35,874 bases of DNA from a virus (taxonomy: Duplodnaviria; Caudoviricetes). The DNA lies in the IMG/VR virus record IMGVR_UViG_3300044675_004984, positions 1 to 35,874 of that record; one strand, given 5' to 3'. The translations under genes and the position numbers were made by a program. Below, one piece after another: positions 1 to 7,329 of this stretch. The stretch's first letter is position 1. Each line of letters opens with the position of its first letter. The notes beneath the pieces were generated by a model. The model was not told the DNA's origin. It did no database searches and worked only from the letters and a program-made list of their open reading frames with translations.

Positions 1-441
1 ACCGGGCCGGGAGACAACGACGATGTTGCCGTATTTGAAATGGTTGCTGAGGCGCTGGCAGTAAATCCCGACGCTTTTGGTCATGTTTCGTTTCACATCC
101 CCGACGACCGCCTGCATCTTGTTTTTGATATCTACGACAAACTGTGCGGATTCGCTCATGGGCACATTGCTGGTCGTGGTTCAACCCCGCAGCAGAAGCA
201 ACAGAATTGGTGGAAAGACCACGCGTTTATGCAGTCACCGATTGGCGATGCCGAATATCTTGTAACCGCCCACTATCACCATTTGTCCGTTGTTGATCAC
301 GGCCCTCGCGTGCATTTTCAATGTCCGGCGATGGACGGCGGTTCTGTTTGGTGGGAGAACCGTGGTGGTGGGAAGTCAACGTCCGGCATTTTGACCTTTA
401 CCGTTGATCAAAACGGTTGGGATAATTTGCGGGTGTTGTGA
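1..441 (+). CDS. Metallophosphoesterase-like protein, C-terminal part (5' truncated)
   Basis: The frame is open from base 1 (TGPGDNDD...). It carries calcineurin-like metal-binding motifs FAHGH and AHYHH, as in actinophage phosphoesterase/Mre11-like proteins. Confidence 0.65.
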   Translation, partial: TGPGDNDDVAVFEMVAEALAVNPDAFGHVSFHIPDDRLHLVFDIYDKLCGFAHGHIAGRGSTPQQKQQNWWKDHAFMQSPIGDAEYLVTAHYHHLSVVDHGPRVHFQCPAMDGGSVWWENRGGGKSTSGILTFTVDQNGWDNLRVL

Positions 442-500
442 CGTTTTTTGCTTCTAACCCAAAGGAAAGGTGTAGCGGGTGTTGATAGCGTGGTCCCCCT

Positions 501-650
501 ATGACTCCCGCAACGCTTACGCAAACAAACACCACGACAACAACTCAAACGCAAACCAATTTGAAATGCAAAGCGTGTGACTGGAATCTGACTCACAAAA
601 ATGTGATGTACGGACATTGCCCACGTTGCGGACGATACATTCAGGTGTGA
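501..650 (+). CDS. 49-aa zinc-ribbon microprotein (not in ORF track)
   Basis: Hand translation gives MTPATLTQTNTTTTTQTQTNLKCKACDWNLTHKNVMYGHCPRCGRYIQV, with CxxC...CPxC. An extended -10 (TG-A-TAGCGT, 483-491) lies 9 nt upstream. Confidence 0.6.
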   Translation: MTPATLTQTNTTTTTQTQTNLKCKACDWNLTHKNVMYGHCPRCGRYIQV

Positions 651-662
651 GATACTTATTTC

Positions 663-836
663 ATGGCTAGACCAAAAGGCAGCGCCCTCCGCATCCGCAG
701 CATTCGTGGAGCCACTTACAAGGCAGGCAAATTGCTTGGCGACCTATCGGCTATCACCCGAGGACAGGTAGGTGGGCGCGTGACTCGTCGCCTTGCCGGA
801 AAAGTTACAGGCCGAGGGTTGAAAATCTTCAACTAA
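663..836 (+). CDS. 57-aa highly basic microprotein (not in ORF track)
   Basis: Hand translation gives MARPKGSALRIRSIRGATYKAGKLLGDLSAITRGQVGGRVTRRLAGKVTGRGLKIFN. The YK..KLLGD..A...G....R..RR.AGK.TG pattern resembles a small basic phage/bacterial family I recall. It fills the gap neatly. Confidence 0.7.
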   Translation: MARPKGSALRIRSIRGATYKAGKLLGDLSAITRGQVGGRVTRRLAGKVTGRGLKIFN

Positions 837-840
837 TTTG

Positions 841-849
841 TGTTAGTAT
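841..849 (+). promoter_or_regulatory. Extended -10 promoter for the capsid operon
   Basis: TG-T-TAGTAT (TGnTAnnnT). The predicted start near 856 coincides with the 5' end of the structured leader. Confidence 0.5.
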
Positions 850-855
850 TCTTTT

Positions 856-999
856 TGAGTAATTCGCCGCCTAGCCGCGAATAAAGGTAAGGCCCGCATA
901 GCCGGTCAATCCGCACTCGTAAAGCAAACATGACTTGTTGTTTCAAAGCCCACAACGGGCATTGCCCACAACGGGCATTACGAGAAAGCCTAGATCGCT
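856..999 (+). ncRNA. Candidate structured cis-regulatory leader RNA of the major capsid gene
   Basis: Two hairpins share the loop CGC(C/A)TAGCC (862-882, 891-907). Two tandem GCCC-ACAAC-GGGC hairpins follow (948-960, 964-976). Competing long-range pairings: 856-860/915-919 versus 916-922/978-984. Confidence 0.5.
948..979 (+). repeat. Perfect 16-bp tandem repeat GCCCACAACGGGCATT x2
   Basis: Seen directly at 948-963 and 964-979; each unit can fold as a hairpin. Confidence 0.9.
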
Positions 1000-2715
1000 A
1001 TGACTCGCATTACCGAAATTCTTGATGCGTGTGAGAACTCTGACCTGACTGACGTTCAGATCGGGGAGTTCCACACCGAACTTGTTGACCTTTTCGCTGC
1101 CATTCGCGAGGGCGAGGTTGAAGGCGTGGACGCCACCGACCTTGACACCCTGCGCGTGGTCGTTGAAACCACCGAACTTCTTTCCGTCGCTGCCGCCGAG
1201 CGTTTCGCTCAGGCTGAGGCTGCCGCCGCCGAGATTGCCGCTCTTGAAGCACGCCTCGTCGTGGCCGAGGTTGAGGCTCCCGCCGAAACCGAGGTTGTCG
1301 CTGAGGACGCTGCGACTGAGCCGACTGAGGCAGAGGTCGCTGAGGTTATCGCTGAGGCTGAGGCTGTCGTTGAGGCGGAAATCGCTGAGCCGGTCGTTGC
1401 TTCGGCCCCCGCTCTTGGCGAAATCGCTAAGGCTGCCCCCGTGAAGTCCCGCCCCCGTCCCGCTGCTCCGGCCAAGAACTACCGGATCATGGGTCAGAAT
1501 GGTGAGATTGATGGGTTCAAGGGTCTTGCTAAGGAAATGGCTGAGACTTGGAACTCGGGTACCGCAGGCGTGTACGGAAACCGTGTCCGTGTGGCCCGCA
1601 TCGCCGCTTCTTACTCCGAGGATCGTGTCCTGTCCGAGATGGACGGGTCCGCAACCGAGGACAAGATTCAGGCTGTTGTCGCCGCTGGGCAGAACCCCGC
1701 TTCGTGGACGGAGAGCATCGTTGCCTCAGGCGGCTGGTGCGCCCCGACCGATGTGGATTACGGCCTTGTGCAGATCAGCGAGGCTGGTCGTCCGGTGCGT
1801 GACTCGCTTCCCGCTTTCGCTGCAACTCGCGGCGGGCTTCGGGTTGCGACCTCCCCGACCCTTGCGGACATTGTGACCTCATACGATGCGTCTGATGCCG
1901 ATGCCGCCATTTCGGTTTGGGACAACGCAACTGACGAGGACCCCGATGGTGCGACCAAGGGCGTTCAGTCCATTGATTGCCCCGAGTTCACCGAGTACCT
2001 GACGCAAGCAATCGTGAAGCGTCTACGGTTCGGCAACATGGGTTCACGGGCGTTCCCCGAGAACGTGGCTCAGTTCAACGAACTGGCGTTTGCCGCTCAT
2101 GCTCGCGTTGCGGAAACCATTCTTCTTGACGGGATCAAGGGCGCTTCTACCGCTGTGACTGTTTCGCAGTCGTTCGGTGCGGCCCGCGATCTTGCCGAGG
2201 CGATCAAGCGTGCGGCGGTTGCTTACCGCAGCCGTCACCGTGCCCCCGGCGTGGTGCTTCGTGCGATGGTTCCCCGGTGGATCACCACCCTTGGCGATGT
2301 TGACCTCATGCGTGGTCTGCAGAGCGAGGCCGCTTTCGTGGCTGAGGGCGAGTCAATCTTCCGTAGTGCGGTTGCTGTTGCGGGCGTGAACATCACGTTC
2401 TACGACGACACCCCCACCACCGGCGTTTCGCAGGTGTTCGGCGCACAGGGCGCTGGCGCTCTGAACCCGTTCCCCAGCACCGTGCAATGGGGCCTGTACG
2501 ACGAGGGACACCACCTGTTCCTTGACGGCGGCACCCTTGACCTCGGCATCGTGCGTGACGCGAGCCTCAACAGCACCAACGATTACGAGACTTTCGTTGA
2601 GACTTTCGAGGGCCTCGCTCATCGTGGCGTTGAGTCGCTGTGGATCACTTCCACGGTTTGCCCGGACGGAACTTCGTCGGCGGGCATTGACGCCGAGGGC
2701 CTTTGCGCCTCCTGA
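1000..2715 (+). CDS. Major capsid (hexamer) protein with fused N-terminal scaffold region
   Basis: 571 aa. An acidic Ala/Glu coiled-coil N-terminus precedes IVASGGWCAP, RGGL and GGTLDLGIVRDASLNSTNDYETFVETFEG, signatures of cluster B-like actinophage capsids. Strongly biased codon usage. Confidence 0.9.
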   Translation: MTRITEILDACENSDLTDVQIGEFHTELVDLFAAIREGEVEGVDATDLDTLRVVVETTELLSVAAAERFAQAEAAAAEIAALEARLVVAEVEAPAETEVVAEDAATEPTEAEVAEVIAEAEAVVEAEIAEPVVASAPALGEIAKAAPVKSRPRPAAPAKNYRIMGQNGEIDGFKGLAKEMAETWNSGTAGVYGNRVRVARIAASYSEDRVLSEMDGSATEDKIQAVVAAGQNPASWTESIVASGGWCAPTDVDYGLVQISEAGRPVRDSLPAFAATRGGLRVATSPTLADIVTSYDASDADAAISVWDNATDEDPDGATKGVQSIDCPEFTEYLTQAIVKRLRFGNMGSRAFPENVAQFNELAFAAHARVAETILLDGIKGASTAVTVSQSFGAARDLAEAIKRAAVAYRSRHRAPGVVLRAMVPRWITTLGDVDLMRGLQSEAAFVAEGESIFRSAVAVAGVNITFYDDTPTTGVSQVFGAQGAGALNPFPSTVQWGLYDEGHHLFLDGGTLDLGIVRDASLNSTNDYETFVETFEGLAHRGVESLWITSTVCPDGTSSAGIDAEGLCAS

Positions 2716-2746
2716 TATTCACTAAGACGTAGGAAGGTGGTGGATC

Positions 2747-3625
2747 GTGGCTGATCTGTCGTACATTACGGTTGAGGGGCCACGGTCCACCCCGCCTCGT
2801 CATAGTTTGGTTGCTTCCGCTGAGGAAGTGACTGATAATGACCGTTGGATCGCAGGTATCGCTTTTGATGCGATGGGTTGCGTTGATTACGGTGGGGCAC
2901 AGTTTTATTGCCCTCCTGCTTCGGAGGAAACTCCTGAGCAGGACGCAAAAGATGAGTTCCCCGACAGTTGGGTTATTGAGTACCAGCCTTACACGCTTTA
3001 CGCTGGCGATAGATGCTCACCGGCTACTTTCCGTAGTCGGGATTTCGTTGGTCGTGCTACTGCGGCTTACGAAATTGCTGAGTCTGCGGGTATGGCAAAG
3101 GAACTTTGGGAAGGAAACGTCGCTCAGGTTGCCGGTTTGCCGAATGCGTATTTGGCTAGTCCCGATGCCGATCTGATTTCAGGCGTTTTTGCCCCGTCTT
3201 ATGGTCTTGTTGCTTTGCAACGAGAACTGGCAGAGGTTCTTCCGGGTCGTGCGATGATTCACGCTCCGAGGGACATTGCTTCGTTGTGGTATCAGGCTGG
3301 CATCATTCGCAAAGAAGGCCCGCTTCTGTTGGACGCTTTCGACAACCTCATTGTTGCCGATAACGGGTACAGCGGATCGGGTCCCAACGGCGATGCTCGC
3401 ACCGATACGACAGCGTTTGTTTATGCGACTGACCCGGTTCAGATTCGTCGGGATAGCCGCATCAGCATTCTTCCTAACCCTGATGATTACGCGGCTGCGA
3501 TGCAGCGCAACACGAACCTCATTGAGTGGCGTGCGGAGCGAATCGTTGCGGCCTACTGGAAGGGCTGCGCTCACCTTGCTATTGAAATTGATTTGTGTGA
3601 AACAGAATGTTCCACCGGTTCCTGA
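2747..3625 (+). CDS. Second capsid protein (pentamer/minor capsid type)
   Basis: 292 aa directly after the major capsid gene, with RW..G, PYTLYAGDRCS, MIHAP, GYSG.GP and N.....AER motifs of the partner capsid protein in this phage group. SD AGGAAGGT. Confidence 0.75.
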   Translation: MADLSYITVEGPRSTPPRHSLVASAEEVTDNDRWIAGIAFDAMGCVDYGGAQFYCPPASEETPEQDAKDEFPDSWVIEYQPYTLYAGDRCSPATFRSRDFVGRATAAYEIAESAGMAKELWEGNVAQVAGLPNAYLASPDADLISGVFAPSYGLVALQRELAEVLPGRAMIHAPRDIASLWYQAGIIRKEGPLLLDAFDNLIVADNGYSGSGPNGDARTDTTAFVYATDPVQIRRDSRISILPNPDDYAAAMQRNTNLIEWRAERIVAAYWKGCAHLAIEIDLCETECSTGS

Positions 3626-3666
3626 TCTGCTATTATTCGCTTTGAACGATTTGAGGTAATGAACAA

Positions 3667-4365
3667 ATGTCCGTTTGTGTAGGTTCTCTCCAAGTTTGCC
3701 GAATCCGTGTGGCTGGCCTCACGGCTGGTGGACTTCCCGACGCCGGTGAGGACACCGGCTACTCGTCTGACGCCATCATTCAGGCCAACGTGAACGTTGA
3801 GTTGGAGGCTGGCGACGACTTCGTGTTGAAGAACGGTTGTGGCAACCTTTGTCAGACGTTCAAGGACGTTGACCGTGTGAAGCGCGTCAACCTTGATATG
3901 GAGTTCTGCCAGTTGGATTCAGAACTCGTTGGTCTGCTTGTCGGCGCTGAAACGTTCTACGATCAGGCCGAGGCTGTTACCATCGGTGCTGCGCTGCCTT
4001 CTTCGACGGCTACGGCCCCGAACGGTGTCGCTCTTGAACTGTGGACGAAGGCGTGGGACAGCAACCAGCACGCCAACGCAAGCCTTATCGGTGGCGACGC
4101 CAACGATGTTCTTTACTTCCGTTGGTTCTTCCCGAAGGTTCAGTTCCAGTTGGGTCAGTTGACCTTGCAGAACGACATTCTTCGTATCCCGGTGACCGGT
4201 TACGGTCAGGAAAACGCCGAGATGCCCGCAGATGGCCCGTATCAGGATTTCCCGACCGCTGTTGTGGATGCCGGTGGCATCACCACCGCAGGCGGCTGGT
4301 TCCTTGATGACGAGATTCCCGAGGCCAACTGTGGCTACATTGAGGTTCCCACTCCGGCTTCCTGA
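3667..4365 (+). CDS. Major tail tube protein
   Basis: 232 aa; RIRV..L, E.GDDF..KNGCG.LC, GVALELWTKA, YFRWFFP and GPY motifs. SD GAGGT, with TG-C-TATTAT at 3628-3636 upstream. Confidence 0.8.
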   Translation: MSVCVGSLQVCRIRVAGLTAGGLPDAGEDTGYSSDAIIQANVNVELEAGDDFVLKNGCGNLCQTFKDVDRVKRVNLDMEFCQLDSELVGLLVGAETFYDQAEAVTIGAALPSSTATAPNGVALELWTKAWDSNQHANASLIGGDANDVLYFRWFFPKVQFQLGQLTLQNDILRIPVTGYGQENAEMPADGPYQDFPTAVVDAGGITTAGGWFLDDEIPEANCGYIEVPTPAS

Positions 4366-4383
4366 TAATCCGGGGGAGGTCCG

Positions 4384-5250
4384 GTGACTGTTCAACCGCG
4401 ACCGTGGATCACTCTTGCTGACCTAACGGACGAAGATTATTCGGACGTTTTGTGTCCGTTGCCGGAAAGCGTCAATGACGTTGCGGCACAGGCAGGTATT
4501 GATATTGCCACCGCCGTTCTGTATGAAATGACAGGGCGGCGGTGGTCCGGTACCGCTGTCTCAATTGTTCGTCCTTCTGCTGAGGACACTTCGACGGACA
4601 TTATTGTCCCCGGTTGGGTCGAAGGTTGGGGCAAGTTTGATGGTTCTACGGAATCTTGCACGCCTACACACAAGTTGGATTTGGGTTATTTCCCTGTCAT
4701 TTCTGTTGATTCTGTGCGTATCAACGGCGCTGTAGTTTCTGCTTCTACTTACCAGTTGCAGGAACAACGGTATTTGGTGAGAACAGACGGGAATGATTGG
4801 CCTTGCACGCAAAACTGGCTTTTGCCTGCGACTGATCCGAACACTTTTGCTGTGACCATCACACATGGCATTGAGCCGCCCGAAGCGGGCAAATTGGCTT
4901 GTGCCGTGTATGCGGCAGAACTGGCGAAGTCTTTCTGCAATTTGGATTGCGCTTTGCCGCAACGCACCCAATACATGACCCGTCAGGGCATCTCAACGAT
5001 CCTTATGGACCCCCTCAACGTTATTGAGCGGGGAATGATCGGGCTTCCTACCGTGGACGCATGGATCAAGGCTGTGAACCCACACAGGCGCCGTAAGCGG
5101 GCAATGATGGTTTCGGGTCGCAATGTTGAGGACCCGTATTGCCGTCCCCCGCTATCCGTTTCTCGTCTTGGGGTGGATTATTACGCTTATCCGTATCGGG
5201 AAGTGAATTGTTTCTGTGGCAGACCTAAGTTCTCTTGCGGCTGCGATTGA
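4384..5250 (+). CDS. Head-to-tail adaptor
   Basis: 288 aa; LYEMTGRRWSG, WPCTQN, G..PP..G..A....A.E..K....C.LP.R....TRQG and GLPTVDAWIKAVNP motifs. SD GGGAGGT. Confidence 0.8.
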   Translation: MTVQPRPWITLADLTDEDYSDVLCPLPESVNDVAAQAGIDIATAVLYEMTGRRWSGTAVSIVRPSAEDTSTDIIVPGWVEGWGKFDGSTESCTPTHKLDLGYFPVISVDSVRINGAVVSASTYQLQEQRYLVRTDGNDWPCTQNWLLPATDPNTFAVTITHGIEPPEAGKLACAVYAAELAKSFCNLDCALPQRTQYMTRQGISTILMDPLNVIERGMIGLPTVDAWIKAVNPHRRRKRAMMVSGRNVEDPYCRPPLSVSRLGVDYYAYPYREVNCFCGRPKFSCGCD

Positions 5251-5623
5251 AAGTCGCGCCCAAGAAATTGTTGAAGAAGCGGCTCAAAACGCTGGCGGTC
5301 GTTTAGATCGTATTGCCCCTCGTTCGGGGGACAACATCGGTGAAACTCTTGCTGAAACGCAGGAAATTTCTGAGGTTCGCCAGCAGGGAACTTTGTTCAG
5401 CGTTGAAATCGCTTATACGGCTGAGTATGCGGAAACCACCGATCAGGGCGGCAGCGATTACTACTGGATTTTTCCGGTCGAAGCAGAACGCTTGGTTTTT
5501 GAAGGTACAAACGATTGGGCTGGAAAAATCATTTATACAAGTGCGGTTTTTCATCCACCCCAGCGTGGAACCCGGTGGTTTACTGACACAATGAAAGAAG
5601 ATATTTGGCCTTCGGGTCGCTAA
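5216..5623 (+). CDS. Neck/tail-completion protein (HK97 gp10-like)
   Basis: 135 aa; AP..SG....., AEYA....G, I.P.....LVF and V.HP pattern; position in the neck module. Confidence 0.55.
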   Translation: MADLSSLAAAIESRAQEIVEEAAQNAGGRLDRIAPRSGDNIGETLAETQEISEVRQQGTLFSVEIAYTAEYAETTDQGGSDYYWIFPVEAERLVFEGTNDWAGKIIYTSAVFHPPQRGTRWFTDTMKEDIWPSGR

Positions 5624-5645
5624 AACCGTGGGTTAGGATAGGTGC

Positions 5646-6131
5646 GTGAACCCGACTTACATTTGGGAATTGTCCCAAGAACTTTTTGATATTGCTGTTG
5701 CGGCGATTGATCCATCACGGACAGGTCAGGACGTTCCTGATCACCGGTTCATTCATCATGGGCAACCGGTGGTTGAGTTTTGCGACGGCGGCACTATGGC
5801 CCTGTGGCACACCCCCATTGAGTTTCGGCAAGTCGGGCGTTACGACGCCCCTCAAATTCAGACTGTTACAACTTTCAACGTTGATTTGTGGCGGTGTTGG
5901 CCTGTTGGAAATAATATTCCACCATCGCTTGAACGCATCGAAGATGCGGTTAGACTCTTGCAGATAGACGCTTGGTGCTTGATTGAAGGAATGCAATCCG
6001 GGCTGGCTCCTTTGGCCGCTTGCGAATTGGTCCAATATCAAGAAATTCGGGCGTTGGGACCTTTGGGGGGTATGGCCGGTTGGCGTATGCCTGTCACCAT
6101 TGGTCTTTCAGGCAAGACACCTTCATTGTAA
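5646..6131 (+). CDS. Tail terminator-like protein
   Basis: 161 aa; DLWRCWP and GPLGGMAGW motifs; position. TAGGAT lies 6 nt before the GTG. Confidence 0.6.
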   Translation: MNPTYIWELSQELFDIAVAAIDPSRTGQDVPDHRFIHHGQPVVEFCDGGTMALWHTPIEFRQVGRYDAPQIQTVTTFNVDLWRCWPVGNNIPPSLERIEDAVRLLQIDAWCLIEGMQSGLAPLAACELVQYQEIRALGPLGGMAGWRMPVTIGLSGKTPSL

Positions 6132-6143
6132 AAGGAGCCAATA

Positions 6144-6548
6144 ATGGCAGACACTTCGGTCACTATTTGTGGCAACGCGACTAATGCGCCTGAACAGCGG
6201 TACACGCAGTCAGGTATGGCGGTTGCTTCGTTTGGTGTGGCGGTTTCGTCACGCAAGAAGAACGCTTCCGGTGAATGGGAGGACGGCGAAACATCGTTTT
6301 TTGATGTGTCGTGTTTCGGTCGTTTGGCTGAAAACGTTTCTGAGTCCGTTCAGAAGGGCAAGCGTGTTGTCGTCGCAGGCGTTTTGAAGCAGTCGTCGTG
6401 GGAAAGTGACGGCGGGCGGCGAACAAAGGTTGAGATTGTCGCTGACGATGTGGCGCTCTCAATGAAGTGGGACAGTTATGCAAATGATGGTGGGGCAACA
6501 CCCAAGGTTCGTGCCGCCGCTATCGCCAATGATGACGAACCGTTCTAA
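6144..6548 (+). CDS. ssb: Single-stranded DNA-binding protein
   Basis: OB-fold pattern (VTICGN..PE.RYTQSG.AVASF.VAV, W.DGETSFFDV..FG.LAENV.ES..KG.RV.V.G.LKQ.SWE), acidic tail DDEPF, SD AAAGGAG. Confidence 0.93.
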   Translation: MADTSVTICGNATNAPEQRYTQSGMAVASFGVAVSSRKKNASGEWEDGETSFFDVSCFGRLAENVSESVQKGKRVVVAGVLKQSSWESDGGRRTKVEIVADDVALSMKWDSYANDGGATPKVRAAAIANDDEPF

Positions 6549-6559
6549 GGAGAACGAAA

Positions 6560-6931
6560 ATGGCTACAAAGATCAAGAATGACGCCTGCGAACTGCTTGA
6601 TGACGGCAAGGTGCGTGTGACGTTTGGTGGTGCTTCCCGCACCCTTGAACGCCCGAAGATCGGGCAGATGAAGCGTTACAACGCCGATCTTATGGACCTC
6701 GCCAAGCATCAGAACGATGCCCGTGAATCGGGTGCCGATATGAACCTTGATGATGTTATTCAGGGGACGTTGGAATGGTGGACGCAGGTTATTGACGAGT
6801 TGAAGGGCGAGGACGAACTGCCTTGCCCGTCCGATCCTGACGAGTTCCCGATGTGGCTTATGAACTCTGACCTCATTGTGAAGGTTCAGGCTCATTGGCG
6901 GGAAGTCCCTTACATCTCTGGCGGGAAGTAG
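6560..6931 (+). CDS. Tail assembly chaperone (gpG-like)
   Basis: 123 aa, two ORFs upstream of the tape measure; SD AAGGAG; ends ...GGK-stop. Confidence 0.65.
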   Translation: MATKIKNDACELLDDGKVRVTFGGASRTLERPKIGQMKRYNADLMDLAKHQNDARESGADMNLDDVIQGTLEWWTQVIDELKGEDELPCPSDPDEFPMWLMNSDLIVKVQAHWREVPYISGGK

Positions 6932-7329
6932 GGCGGAACCGGTCAGAGTTTCCTGAGTTGGGGGAGCCGCCCCCTACTGCCCTCGCTGGAACACCTTTTG
7001 AATGGTTCGCCTTGATTTATAGGCAATGCGCCGTCAATTTTGGGTGGACTCCCGCTCAGGTAGACGCTATGGAGGTTTGGGAGGTCGGTGCCGCTTTGGG
7101 TGCGGCGACCGGCGATTTGGAAGATTGGCAAGAGGATCGCGCCCGTTTAGAGGCTGAGTTGGAGCGGGAATCCGACACTCCGGGTGCTATGCCACAGAGA
7201 GTAAAATCCGGTAGGGACATTTTGGCGCAGAGGGTTGCTGCTTCGCGTGGCGAGGCACCTGACCCGGAAGCGCCTGTAATGCACCAGTTACAAATGGCGA
7301 GCATTATGAGGACTCTCGGTGGCAATTAG
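6919..7329 (+). CDS. Tail assembly chaperone extension (gpT-like), probably reached by recoding into the -1 frame
   Basis: Overlaps the previous ORF in the -1 frame, has no convincing start or SD, carries the GWTPAQVDAMEVWE motif, and abuts the tape measure gene. The start coordinate is approximate. Confidence 0.6.
   Translation, partial: WREVGRNRSEFPELGEPPPTALAGTPFEWFALIYRQCAVNFGWTPAQVDAMEVWEVGAALGAATGDLEDWQEDRARLEAELERESDTPGAMPQRVKSGRDILAQRVAASRGEAPDPEAPVMHQLQMASIMRTLGGN

Noticed and set aside
408-617. 69-aa - strand ORF
   Set aside because: Overlaps the more convincing + strand zinc-ribbon ORF 501-650 and opposes local gene direction.
924-933. GCAAACATGA in the capsid leader matches the complement of the terminator loop (GCAAACAAGA, 30998-31007) at 9 of 10 positions
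   Set aside because: Too short to distinguish from chance; worth revisiting only if the sRNA is confirmed.
948-979. Tandem repeat as a mini-CRISPR array (likewise the repeats at 28325-28372)
   Set aside because: Units are directly adjacent with no spacers, and there are no cas genes.
930-1025. 31-aa upstream ORF overlapping the capsid start
   Set aside because: No SD and the ATG lies within a predicted hairpin; no support without ribosome profiling.
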